Positions 9,533 to 19,621 are shown, numbered from the stretch's first letter. The stretch: 64,000 bases of DNA from Candidatus Poribacteria bacterium (GCA_036339735.1 JAYZAL010000077.1:32001-96000), one strand, 5' to 3'. Notes: generated from the letters alone by a model not told the origin. Numbers and translations are program-made.

Positions 9533-10564
9533 CTAGCGATTTCGAACTTTGGTAGAATTCCAATAGTTTTTCAGCTTGATATATTGTTTGAGGTTTTCTT
9601 CACGTTTGGAAATCTCTAGTAATTGTTCGTTTTTCTGATTTTCTTTTAAACGTGGGTGATTTTTTATGATCACTCGCTCCTTTGCCATTTGAAGTTCTCG
9701 GATTGGAATCAGTTGATCGTTATTTGAATCCATAAACACTCCCCAACCACTGCCAACCTCACTTAGAATTTTTATTTCCTTGTCAGCTTCTGGTCCGTAT
9801 CGACCAAAAGCTAAAAAAACAGCCTTGATTCTCGCTTTCCACTCCGGAGATAAGTCTTTATGCCAAACCATCGGGTCGCTTGGAATGGGTGGACTAGTCC
9901 AAATAGTACGAATCGTATCAGTTTTGTCAGGATGATTCTTGTAGAATAGTCGCAACGATTCATCGTTGTTAGTCGCAAAGTCAACCTGTTTAGTTGCAAC
10001 CGAAATACAGTTCATCTCGTGACTAGCGTTCCGCATCCGTTTGAAGTATTTTTTGGGATTGATACCTTTTGGACCCCACAAATGGTAGCTTGGCATGAGA
10101 TAGCCAGATGTACTATTGGGATCGCCGTTTCCGAAGATCAGATCTTTCCCATTCTGAATAATTTCATCGATAGTCTGATAAGGACTATCTTTAGGAACAA
10201 TTATGACTGAATGGTAGCCGGAGGTCCCGTCATGATCAGTTACTTCAGCGAAGACTTCACCGTTTGCTCGATCAACTGCTTCCATTCCAGACTTATTACC
10301 GAACCAAGCGACATGTATTTTACCGAAACGTAAGGCTTCAATTACTCCAGCATAATCCGGTGAAAAGAACGACTTAATTGGTACACCCAAGTTTTTTTCT
10401 AGCTGTTTCAATAATGGATCAAATCCTTTTTTTAAATTACTACGGGACTCTGTAGCGATAATGCCAAACCTTAGTTCATCAATGTTTTCTATGGCTTCGC
10501 CCCAACTTGCCCAGCAACTGATACACAGTAAGAAAATAATTATATTTTTATATGAGTGACGCAT
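9533..10564 (-). CDS. phnD: Phosphonate ABC transporter substrate-binding protein
   Basis: Signal peptide, 'DYAGVIEALRFGK', 'WFGNKS', 'GDPNSTSGYL', 'IWTSPPIPSDP'. Confidence 0.9.
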   Translation of the reverse strand: MRHSYKNIIIFLLCISCWASWGEAIENIDELRFGIIATESRSNLKKGFDPLLKQLEKNLGVPIKSFFSPDYAGVIEALRFGKIHVAWFGNKSGMEAVDRANGEVFAEVTDHDGTSGYHSVIIVPKDSPYQTIDEIIQNGKDLIFGNGDPNSTSGYLMPSYHLWGPKGINPKKYFKRMRNASHEMNCISVATKQVDFATNNDESLRLFYKNHPDKTDTIRTIWTSPPIPSDPMVWHKDLSPEWKARIKAVFLAFGRYGPEADKEIKILSEVGSGWGVFMDSNNDQLIPIRELQMAKERVIIKNHPRLKENQKNEQLLEISKREENLKQYIKLKNYWNSTKVRNR

Positions 10565-10809
10565 GGAAACCTTATTTTTTTGCTTGCATTTGTAATCTTT
10601 TATATTTTGATTTGTTACCTGGAGGAGTCAAAAAATATGTTGACCAGTTATTATAACACAATTCCAAAAATCTGATTCATTTGGCTCGACGTTCTACCCG
10701 AGGTTTAATGTTATTCTTATTAGTCTGCTCTCTTGATAGTATTTTAATTAATTTAGTGTTACATTTGAGGCTGCAAACCTAGGTAATCCTCACCCATAGG
10801 AGTAATCAG

Positions 10810-11661
10810 GTGACATATCAATTTGAAAAAGGCAAGATTTATCGAATGCCAACCCACTTTGGCCCGAGTCTTGGACCAAGGCAAGGGCCAGACGGTCGGA
10901 CTTTTGAGTGCAAAGACAATCCTAAAACTACATCGATCTCAGTTAGTTTTTTAACTAATTCCGACCAGATAAAATCAATATTGCCAGAAAATTTTGTACT
11001 GCTAGGTGAGCCTGTCGTAACAGTTTCTGCAACCTATATGAAAGAAATTGAGTGGTTAGCTGGGCGTGGCTACAACACGCTAGGTGTCAGTTTCTCTGTC
11101 CAATTTAATGGTGAAAGGGATCAAGCCAAAGGAAACTTCTTATCAGTCTTATGGGAAAACTTAACTGATCCTATCCTGACAGGGCGAGAGGAAATTGGAT
11201 TTTCAAAAATTTATTGTGAATTGCCTGAGCCTAGAGTTTTACAAGGCACAACAACTTGTCAAGCCAGTTGGATGGGCTTCAACTTCATGGATATGAGTGT
11301 CTACAACTTGAACCAGGTGGAATTACAAAAACCTCTCTCATCGACAACTAAAAACGAAGAGTTAACTGGTACATTACACTACAAGTATATTCCCCATACT
11401 GGTGGGTTTCCTAGTAGTTGGGGGAAGGCGGATATTGCTTATGTCGTATTGACCCCGGAAAAAACTCCGAATCGAATTGTAACCGAGATGTGGCGAGGAG
11501 AAGGCAAAGTCTTATTCCATCACGCTCGGTGGGAGGATTTACCAACTCAATATACCATAGTTAATACTTTGAGCCAACTTGAAATAATAGAACCACGTGG
11601 TGCTAGTATAGTTAAGTCGATTGGTGGGAAAGATCTCAGCGATCAGCGAATTCTGAAATAG
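10810..11661 (+). CDS. Acetoacetate decarboxylase-like family protein
   Basis: 'YRMPTHFGP', 'WLAGRGYN', 'LWENLTDPILTGREEIGFSK'. AGGAG RBS. Confidence 0.8.
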   Translation: MTYQFEKGKIYRMPTHFGPSLGPRQGPDGRTFECKDNPKTTSISVSFLTNSDQIKSILPENFVLLGEPVVTVSATYMKEIEWLAGRGYNTLGVSFSVQFNGERDQAKGNFLSVLWENLTDPILTGREEIGFSKIYCELPEPRVLQGTTTCQASWMGFNFMDMSVYNLNQVELQKPLSSTTKNEELTGTLHYKYIPHTGGFPSSWGKADIAYVVLTPEKTPNRIVTEMWRGEGKVLFHHARWEDLPTQYTIVNTLSQLEIIEPRGASIVKSIGGKDLSDQRILK

Positions 11662-11672
11662 AGGAAAGTCGA

Positions 11673-12494
11673 ATGTATAATCTCAGTGGAAAAGTAGCGT
11701 TAGTAACTGGGTCTGGCGGGCAACATGGTATAGGCCGAGCTATTGCCACCCGGCTGGCTAAAGAAGGTGCAGATATTGTACTTAATGATGTTCAAAAAAC
11801 TCCGTACCAAGACAATAGATGGAATGGGATAATGTCCGTTGCGGAGGAAATTAGCAAGCTAGGGCGTACAGCTCTACCTGTTGTTGCCGACGTTAGTAAA
11901 GCTGACCAAGTACAAAACATGGTTCATCAGACGATAGAGACTTTTGGGCGTCTGGATATTCTAGTCAATAACGCTGGTGCTAAGGCTGGTAGTGATCGTG
12001 TACCTCTTATAAACCTAGAGGAGGACGATTGGGATCGAGTGCAAGAAGTCAATGTCAAAGGTGTATTCCTCTGTTGTAAGGTAGTTGCCAAACACTTGCT
12101 TGCCCAAGGCCAAGGTGGAAAAATTATCAATATTTCGTCTATGGCCGGTACAAAGGGTATTGCTCAATACGCATCCTATTGTGCTTCCAAATTTGCTGTC
12201 ATTGGTTTAACAGAATCGTTAGCATTGGAATTAGCCAGCCACAAAATTAATGTCAATGCTATATGCCCGGGATTAGTAGATACAGAAAGAGTGGGACATA
12301 TTGCTACAGCTACTATTGCGGGTGAATTATCCGACCAAGAAAAGAGAACTTTACTTGTCGATAAAACTACAGCCTCTGTACCGATGGGTCGTATTGCAAA
12401 TGTAGATGATGTAGCCAAAACGGCTGCTTTTTTGTCATCATCAGAAGCTGATTATTTGACAGGTTTATCGGTCCGTGTTTCCGGTGGAGTTTAG
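11673..12494 (+). CDS. Short-chain dehydrogenase/reductase (SDR)
   Basis: TGSGGQHGIG, NNAG, YCASK, NAICPG. Confidence 0.92.
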   Translation: MYNLSGKVALVTGSGGQHGIGRAIATRLAKEGADIVLNDVQKTPYQDNRWNGIMSVAEEISKLGRTALPVVADVSKADQVQNMVHQTIETFGRLDILVNNAGAKAGSDRVPLINLEEDDWDRVQEVNVKGVFLCCKVVAKHLLAQGQGGKIINISSMAGTKGIAQYASYCASKFAVIGLTESLALELASHKINVNAICPGLVDTERVGHIATATIAGELSDQEKRTLLVDKTTASVPMGRIANVDDVAKTAAFLSSSEADYLTGLSVRVSGGV

Positions 12495-12513
12495 AAAATG
12501 ACTCTTCCACCAA

Positions 12514-12554
12514 TTTAAACCCTTCCATTTTTCCTGATACAGTAAGGGTTTAAA
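12514..12554. repeat. 11-bp inverted repeat just after TCCACCA at the island left end
   Basis: TTTAAACCCTT (12514-12524) and AAGGGTTTAAA (12544-12554). Confidence 0.7.
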
Positions 12555-12599
12555 CGGTATTGAACACAATATAGATGACTCCATTGTGTATCCTCAAGT

Positions 12600-13385
12600 G
12601 TGTCCTTTTCCGGTTTCAATGTTTCTGTTGACCTACAACCACAGTTTCAAAGAAAACAATTTCAGTTATCTTTGCGTTGTGGTATTCTGACTTCATCCAA
12701 ATTTTTTGCTTCCAATCTCTATTTGGTGACTCAGTCTATTTATCGTTCCATCCGAGAAAATGCTGACATGAAGAAAAGAAGCACTTCACTCGAGATGAAC
12801 TGGAACAAATACTGGGTAATAATTTGGAGCAGCAATTTTTTGACAAAAACGGACCCGAGAGATTTTGGGTAACACAAATTGCCGCATATTCGGATGCCCG
12901 TCTAAATGAAGTTTGCCAATTGAATATAATCTGATATCAGGCAAGAAGATGAAATTTGGATGATGAGTCTACTGAATGATGCCGAAGACAAAAGTTTAAA
13001 GACTCAATCTAGTAATCGGATAGTGCCACTGCATCCTCATTTGGTTGAAATTGGACTGATAGATTATGTGGAGGATGTCAAGAACTCAGGAACAGTGAAA
13101 TTATTTCCCAATTTAAAATCAGAAACAAATACCAAATACGGTTCTGCGGTGGGTCGTTGGTTTGCTAGGTACCTGAAGAATCTTGAAATCAAGAAGAAAG
13201 GGAAGAATTTCCATAGTTTTCGACATACCGAGTTAATCATCTGACTTCCAAACAAATCTATCAACCCTTCATCAAAGAATTAATCGGACACTCACATGGA
13301 ACCATGACCATGGATGTCTATGGTGGTAGGAAACCACTGGAAGTTTTACTCCATGAATGTTGGTTAAAATAGACTATGGGATTGA
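12600..13385 (+). pseudogene. Tyrosine recombinase/integrase pseudogene (DUF6538-like N-terminus), frameshifted and internally deleted
   Basis: Fragments in shifting frames: 'VDLQPQFQRKQFQLSLRCG', 'FWVTQIAAYSDARLNEVCQL', 'KSLKTQSSNRIVPLH...FHSFRHT', 'KELIGHSHGTMTMDVYG'. The R-K-HxxR-H-Y residues are all recognisable. Confidence 0.88.
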
Positions 13386-13485
13386 AAAGAAGAACTAGAC
13401 CCTGAGACCAACTAACTTACTCTTACAAACATAAAGTTTCATATTTTCTACAATAAACTATTTAGTTAGGTAAATAGGTCGATTT

Positions 13486-13953
13486 ATGGATACAAAACAA
13501 TTGGGTCTTATACCTCCAATTTTACTGATTGTTGTTTTCCTATTTTCTTGTGGTGATTCAGTCGAAACAAAACTAATTGGTGAGTGGAAAGGAACGGATG
13601 GATCTATTATTCTCCATAAGGATGGTTCATGGGTATTTACCATAGGTGATTTTGTTTTACCTACACCAGAAGAAGGAATTATTGTTGAGAATATGATTTG
13701 GGCAGTTAATGACACTCAAGATCCGGTTCATCTTGATTGTATGGTGTATTTAAGACAAATAGAATCAGGGATGAAACGGAGACTAATTCTCCCTCTAATC
13801 CTTCGTTTTTTAGGTCAGAACAAAATACAAATTAGGACAATTTTTGAACCCTCTAATGAAAGTACAACTTCTCCTCCTACATTGTATATGGGGAAAAGAC
13901 CAACAGGTTTTGAAATAGAATCAGATGACCAAATGACACTCACTAGACAGTGA
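13486..13953 (+). CDS. Hypothetical lipoprotein
   Basis: Hydrophobic signal ending in LFSC, followed by 'LIGEW'. Confidence 0.7.
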   Translation: MDTKQLGLIPPILLIVVFLFSCGDSVETKLIGEWKGTDGSIILHKDGSWVFTIGDFVLPTPEEGIIVENMIWAVNDTQDPVHLDCMVYLRQIESGMKRRLILPLILRFLGQNKIQIRTIFEPSNESTTSPPTLYMGKRPTGFEIESDDQMTLTRQ

Positions 13954-14358
13954 ATTTTACATAAGAGGGAAAAAACTATAGAAATTCCAAAAAAGTTAAC
14001 AGAGAACATTATGAGATAGTGAAAATAGGAGATTACGTTGAAAAAGAACCTAAGACATTCGGATTTCAAATCACTCCTACCTCTGACGCGACTGACAACA
14101 CCTGGTGATTTGTGCAGGGATTATTTCTATCCTTTTTAACTAATCTGACCTTTTACTATACTGAAAGACTCCTGCGAATCCCTTCTCTCTAATTGTTATT
14201 TTTTCCATTTTTCCTTCTATTTTTGATAATATCAGTAATTAATGTTCCTTTTTACTAGTCTTTGTCTAACATACAATTAACAGATTATGATCCAAACATC
14301 AGTTCCCTTGGGTGATTTGGATCTTCTAAACTTCAGATTCTATTGTAATATTTAAATT

Positions 14359-16590
14359 GTGCTAATCCATACGGACTTATCGGAAGCATTCAAAAGACCA
14401 GATCAGGTAAGGATTCTGGATTTAAAACATCAAGGTCTGACTGAAATTCCTATTGAGATTTTTCAACTCAGTAATCTGACTGAACTCCGTTTGGGATACA
14501 ACCAGATCAAGGTGATATCACCTGAAATTGGACAATTAACCAATCTAACTAGACTCCGTTTGGGAAACAATCAAGTTTCCGTGATTCCTGCTGAAATCGA
14601 GCAATTAACTAATTTGACCATACTTAGTTTGGTAAATAACCAAGTTAAGGTGGTTCCCAGTCAACTGTCTCAATTGACTAATTTGACTAAACTTCGTTTG
14701 TCAGGTAATCAAATCGAGGTCGTACCTGCTGCATTATCTCAACTAACCAAGTTAGAGATACTTGATTTGGCAGATAACCAGATCAAACTAATTCCTACTG
14801 AGATCGGACAATTGACTAGTCTGACTGAACTCAAATTGGCAGGCAATCAATTCCTAGTGGTTCCAACCGAAATCGGACAACTGACCAATCTAAAATTATT
14901 GGATTTGTCATTTAATTTAATTGACCGAATACCTATCCATATAGGAAATCTGTCCAATCTAATTTCTTTGAGTTTGAAGAGTAACCGGCTGACCAATTTG
15001 CCCAACCAGATCAATCGACTATCCAAATTACAGTACCTTAATTTATATCAAAACCGATTCGCACAATTCCCCGAAATAATCACCCACTTATCCAACTTAA
15101 AACAACTTCATTTGGACAATAATCAAATTTGGTTTCTTCCACCAAGTCTCAAAAATCTAGTTCAGTTGGAGCAATTATGGTTAGGTAGTAACTTTCTGCA
15201 AGAATTACCTAGTGAGTTAGGTCAGCTAAAATCTCTGACCCATTTACATCTCGGTAGAAACAGAATTTCACAATTACCAACAGCAATAGAAAATCTGAAG
15301 GATTTGGTTACACTCAACTTGAACAATAACCGTTTAACTGAAATCCCGACCCAGATTCTGGATTTACCACAACTAATAACCCTTGATCTGAGTAAAAATA
15401 GAAATAGTGGTATAGAATCAGATTTCGGTACATTACTGACCTATCAACAACGGATGATGCAAACGGCAGAACAGGCAGAAAAAATAAAGATCAAAGATCA
15501 GTTTCTATCTCAAATGAGCCATGAACTTAAAACTCCAATCCATGGTGTCATAGGTTCCATCAACTTAATCGATGAACTTAAACTGGACGGTCAACAACTG
15601 CAGCATCTTCAACGTGCCAAGACTTCTGCTCAATACCTATTAAACATGGTCAATGAAATTTTGCAGTTTGCTGAGTTAGAAAAAGGACAAATAACCTATC
15701 AAAAATTACCATTTAACTTGATTGAGATTTGTCAGCAAGTTTTAGAAATTGTTCTGCCTTTGTCTCAACAGAAAAATTTGGACCTGAATCTCAATTACCG
15801 ATCAACATTCCCGGTGGGATGGGTTGGGGATCAGCACAAGATCCGGCAAGTATTAATTAATCTCCTAGGCAATGCGATCAAGTTCACTCACCAGGGAGAA
15901 ATCAGTTTAGGACTACAACAAACCAGTCAGGGGGTTCGAATCGAAGTTGCTGATAGTGGGATTGGTATTGAGGAAGATCAGACCAAACTAATTTTTGAAC
16001 CCTTTACTCAGGGAAGTTCAGGAATCAATCGTCGGTTTAGTGGTACGGGGCTGGGTTTAACCATCAGTCAACAGTTTATAGTGGGCATGGAGGGAGAGAT
16101 AGGAGTAGAAAGTCAGACCGGACAAGGATCGATATTTTGGGTGGAACTGCCTCTACCGACGGTAAACCTGAAACCGGAAACAGAAGTCAAAGATGCAGAA
16201 CTAGACGACTACGTTAGAAAAATCGTGTTAGTGGTAGATGATGAAATAATCAACCGGGAAATAGTAAGTGCATATTTCCAGTGCTGGGGTTTCGAAGTCC
16301 ATCAGGCAGAAAACGGTCAGGATTGTCTTAACCAGTTTGAAATCAGCAAATATGATCTAATCATTATGGATTTACAGATGCCAGAACTAGATGGGTTTGA
16401 GACAACGGAACAAATTAGGCAACGGGAGAGAGAATCTACTCATCAGTGCATTCCGATACTAGGGTTATCGGCAAGTGTGATAGGTGATGTCTGGTCAAAG
16501 TGTGAATCGGTTGGGATGAGTGGATACTTGAGCAAACCATTTGAAACAGATGAATTAAAACAAAAAGTCAGACAATTACTAACTGATTAA
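14359..16590 (+). CDS. Leucine-rich-repeat hybrid sensor histidine kinase (LRR-HisKA-HATPase-REC)
   Basis: 14 full 23-aa LRRs plus a partial one, then H-box FLSQMSHELKTP, N-box NLLGNAIKF, DSGIG, GTGLGL, and receiver VDDE...IMDLQMP...KP. No transmembrane segment. Confidence 0.93.
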   Translation: MLIHTDLSEAFKRPDQVRILDLKHQGLTEIPIEIFQLSNLTELRLGYNQIKVISPEIGQLTNLTRLRLGNNQVSVIPAEIEQLTNLTILSLVNNQVKVVPSQLSQLTNLTKLRLSGNQIEVVPAALSQLTKLEILDLADNQIKLIPTEIGQLTSLTELKLAGNQFLVVPTEIGQLTNLKLLDLSFNLIDRIPIHIGNLSNLISLSLKSNRLTNLPNQINRLSKLQYLNLYQNRFAQFPEIITHLSNLKQLHLDNNQIWFLPPSLKNLVQLEQLWLGSNFLQELPSELGQLKSLTHLHLGRNRISQLPTAIENLKDLVTLNLNNNRLTEIPTQILDLPQLITLDLSKNRNSGIESDFGTLLTYQQRMMQTAEQAEKIKIKDQFLSQMSHELKTPIHGVIGSINLIDELKLDGQQLQHLQRAKTSAQYLLNMVNEILQFAELEKGQITYQKLPFNLIEICQQVLEIVLPLSQQKNLDLNLNYRSTFPVGWVGDQHKIRQVLINLLGNAIKFTHQGEISLGLQQTSQGVRIEVADSGIGIEEDQTKLIFEPFTQGSSGINRRFSGTGLGLTISQQFIVGMEGEIGVESQTGQGSIFWVELPLPTVNLKPETEVKDAELDDYVRKIVLVVDDEIINREIVSAYFQCWGFEVHQAENGQDCLNQFEISKYDLIIMDLQMPELDGFETTEQIRQRERESTHQCIPILGLSASVIGDVWSKCESVGMSGYLSKPFETDELKQKVRQLLTD

Positions 16591-16820
16591 TACTGGTCTG
16601 ATTTAGTGCACTAACACATTTTCCTTTTTCCTTCCAGAACAGTAAAATTACAAATGCTGCATCCCAGTAGCACCTGCAAGATTAATATCACAGTTACCCA
16701 ACCCTGCCTTATTTAGAATTCAATACTGACGACAGAATTTCAGACTAAGACTATTGGTACATCTGATGCTGTAATCTCATCTTTCTGTGCAATCATAGAT
16801 TTATAGTTAGAGAGGTAATA

Positions 16821-17195
16821 ATGCAAAAAACAGTAATTCTAGTCTTAAGTGTTTTGGTTCTATTGTTATTTCCTACCAATACACCCGCAAAAACCAAGAT
16901 GGTTGACGTAGTCCATCTCAAAAATGGTAATGTCATCAAAGGGGAGATTATGCAAATGACACCTAATGAGACTATCAAGATTGAGACTGCTGATGGCAGT
17001 ATCTTTGTCTACGAAATGAGTGAAGTTGAGAAAATGACCAAAGTTAGGAAACAGAAAACACAGAGAAAAGGATTTCAAAAGTATAGGATAAAGGAAATCA
17101 GAATGCAAAGAATGCAAAAATTCGAGAAAACTTTTGTTGCTGGAGTTGGTCTCGTTGTTATAGTGGTTCTTGCTATTATGAACTCAAATAAATGA
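16821..17195 (+). CDS. Hypothetical exported protein with C-terminal membrane anchor
   Basis: GAGG RBS, signal peptide, 'DVVHLKNGNVIKGEI...IKIETADGSIFVY', hydrophobic C-terminus. Confidence 0.7.
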   Translation: MQKTVILVLSVLVLLLFPTNTPAKTKMVDVVHLKNGNVIKGEIMQMTPNETIKIETADGSIFVYEMSEVEKMTKVRKQKTQRKGFQKYRIKEIRMQRMQKFEKTFVAGVGLVVIVVLAIMNSNK

Positions 17196-17397
17196 AGGGT
17201 TATAGGTTATTCTCATATGATGCTAATGTATCTGCCAAAAAGATAAATGAAAAACGACTTCAAAGATATCACACCCACGAACAGAGTAATGCTTCACCCT
17301 TAATTCGGTATCTTCCACATGCAGGTCTAATGGCATCTTACGGTATCATGTTTTAATTCTACTACTAAAGGTTGTGCTAACAACAGAAAGTCAAATA

Positions 17398-18347
17398 ATG
17401 AACATTCGTAATACAGTCTGGTTGATTGTTTTTATTGGTTTGGGGTGTTTGCTGTTTGCGGATGGAGCAAATGCAAATCCGTTTGATGCCTTGCGAAAAG
17501 TAAATAAAGATTTAAATGTAAAGATACATTACCGTCTGGGAAGGATTTATCAAACACAAGGCAAACTTGATGATGCCATTACTGAATTCCAAAAGGTTAT
17601 TGAGATAGATCCTAAGAATGCAGACGCATACGGTTATCTAGGAGGAGTTTTTCAAGAACAAGGTAAACTGGAAAAAGCAATCAAAAAACAGTCGAGATCG
17701 ATCCTAACAATCTGTCAGGGCATTGCTGTTTAGGTTCGGTTTATATAATACAAGGCAAACTTAATGATGCTATTACCTCCTACCAAAAGGCAATTGATCT
17801 TAATCCTAACCATTCAATCGCACATCATGATTTGGGATATATTTATCGTGTGCGAGGTAAATATGAACAGGTAACTGCTAAACTTCGACAGGTTATTGAT
17901 ATTCCCCCTGACGAAGAAAAGATATTGAATTTCGGAAGTGATTTGCGTCCGTTTGCATACATCAATCTAGGAGATATTTATAGACAACAGGGTAAAGTGG
18001 AAGAGGCACTGGCAAAATTCCAACAGGAAATGCAGGTTGAGATTGCCCTTAGTATCGCACCTACATGGGTGAACGAGTGCCAGGGAATGATTTACCTTAC
18101 ACAAGGCAAACTAAATGATGCTGGCACCGAATTCCGACAGGTAATTGAGCTCGACCCCAACAATACAATGGTACATTACAACCTTGCCTGTGTGTATTCC
18201 CTGAAAAATGAACTCAAACTGGCAGTAGAATCCCTGCAGAAAGCAATTAAGTTGGATAAAAGTTATATTGAGTTGTCTAAAAAAGACCCTGATTTAGACA
18301 ACATTCGACAAACACCAGAATTCCAGAAGTTAATCGATTCCTACTAA
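17398..18347 (+). pseudogene. Exported TPR-repeat protein split by a -1 frameshift near 17685
   Basis: After 'GKLEKAIKK' the -1 frame continues 'TVEIDPNNLSGHCCLGSVYIIQGKLNDAITSYQKAIDLNP' without stops into ORF 17832..18347, ending 'YNLACVYSL...DPDLDNIR'. Confidence 0.8.
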
Positions 18348-19034
18348 CTACTCTAGTTTCTTACTCTGTCGGAAAAAATCAGTGATCTGTGCACAATGGT
18401 ATGCTTTCCCTTTAGAGTTGGTATATCCCATCTTAAATAAAATGTTAGAGATCTCTTGGTTGGTATAAGCACCTGATTTGAGTTCTTTAACATGTTTTAT
18501 CAGTTCGGGTTTGGTTTCCAGTACCGATTTACGGCCACCGGCTTTACCCCGACCTTTCAAGTCAACAATACCTTTTTGCTGGTTTTGGGTTTTTCTCTGT
18601 AACTTAGCTAACTGGTTCCCTAGTTTTTCGTACTCAACCACCACCTCAAACAATTGGTCGTCATCAGGGGTAGAATGTTGGTAACTCAGACTATCAAAGG
18701 TTCCAGTAATCGAAACCAGTGGCATATTCAGTTTCTCCATCATTTTCATTATTAACCTCTGTTGGAACCGACTGGTTTGACCGATACTGAGAAAGAAGTT
18801 AGGTTCGACAATGATGCAATTAACTCCCCGTTCGACACCTTTAGTGAATGCCAACCGGTCCTCATATCTTCGAAATGCCCAATTCCCATCTCCTGGTCTC
18901 CAATCATAGAACCATTCACCTAGAACCTCGATTTGGTTCTGGTTAATGAAATGTTGGATAGGATCGGGGTTGTGATCGTCAGGGTTTCCTCGGACTAATA
19001 CTACTACTTTTTTACCTGTTATATCTTGGTTCAT
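18348..19034 (-). CDS. Serine-recombinase (resolvase)-like protein with degenerate catalytic motif
   Basis: C-terminus 'GKAGGRKSVLETKPELIKHVKEL...EISNILFKMGYTNSKGKAY' is paralogous to the recombinase relic at 20878-21350. N-terminal 'VVVLVRGN' stands in place of Y-x-R-V/T-S. Confidence 0.7.
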   Translation of the reverse strand: MNQDITGKKVVVLVRGNPDDHNPDPIQHFINQNQIEVLGEWFYDWRPGDGNWAFRRYEDRLAFTKGVERGVNCIIVEPNFFLSIGQTSRFQQRLIMKMMEKLNMPLVSITGTFDSLSYQHSTPDDDQLFEVVVEYEKLGNQLAKLQRKTQNQQKGIVDLKGRGKAGGRKSVLETKPELIKHVKELKSGAYTNQEISNILFKMGYTNSKGKAYHCAQITDFFRQSKKLE

Positions 19035-19045
19035 ATTGTTTCATA
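19007..19045 (-). repeat. Cassette-boundary repeat, type R2 copy A (overlaps start of 18348..19034)
   Basis: 31/39 identical to 19404-19442. Minus-strand core TGAAACAATATGAACCAA. Confidence 0.75.
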
Positions 19046-19061
19046 ATATTGCAGTACGTTA

Positions 19062-19388
19062 TCAGAAGCAACATCGGCATTCACCTTCCTTACCGTCAAT
19101 TATTGAAACTCCATCACAATAAGTTTTTTCACCCAACATAGAAGTCTTTACCCCAGTTTCATTATAAAACGAGATTTTGCAACCTTTATTATTATCAATA
19201 TGTATTTCACCTCTCTTTTTCCCATTTTCATCTTCGATTATGATTTCTCGACAGGTTATCTTTCCAAACTTCGTATCTATTGACCCCTTATCTGCATTAG
19301 CATCAGTAACCAAAACCGAGTTCAACACCATTCCAGAAATAACTAGTAATCCCCCGATAACCAGAAAGACTAAATCTCTAATTTTCAT
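19062..19388 (-). CDS. Hypothetical N-terminally membrane-anchored protein (paralog of 19622..20128)
   Basis: MKIRDLVFLVIGGLLVISGMVLNS...FGKITCREIII aligns with MKLRDKILYMSFGAVLVVLGIVLNS...FGVITCKAIII. ATG at 19388 preferred over the track start. Confidence 0.75.
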   Translation of the reverse strand: MKIRDLVFLVIGGLLVISGMVLNSVLVTDANADKGSIDTKFGKITCREIIIEDENGKKRGEIHIDNNKGCKISFYNETGVKTSMLGEKTYCDGVSIIDGKEGECRCCF

Positions 19389-19403
19389 TTCTTGCGTCTC
19401 ATT

Positions 19404-19442
19404 CCTTTTTACCAACTATGTATTGGTTCATATTATTTCCTA
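19404..19442 (-). repeat. Cassette-boundary repeat, type R2 copy B
   Basis: Encodes a dead-end copy (MNQYIVGKKE*) of the start of the recombinase-like gene (MNQDITGKKV). Confidence 0.75.
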
Positions 19443-19621
19443 CTTTCCACTTTTTTCGTTTTTTTATGAAAGTAACTGAAATAAATAACTCTATAGAAAA
19501 GGGTTGCTAAAACAGTAAAAATCATTCCAACTACAATTTCTATTCCGTGATTACTAAAAATTTCAGATGTTACTATTTGACCATATCCTTGGGCTAACCA
19601 CCGTTTTTGTTTATTGATACC

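Noticed and set aside
10565-10700. Pho box upstream of phnD
   Set aside because: No convincing CTGTCAT-type 11-bp-period direct repeats.
12506-12512. tRNA or tmRNA gene ending in TCCACCA
   Set aside because: The upstream sequence is the SDR coding region, with no T-loop or cloverleaf.
19572-19591. Possible extra degenerate R1 copy (ACTATTTGACCATATCCTTG, 15/20)
   Set aside because: It lies inside the open read-through frame, lacks the GAARYAAT core, and may be a chance match in AT-rich DNA.
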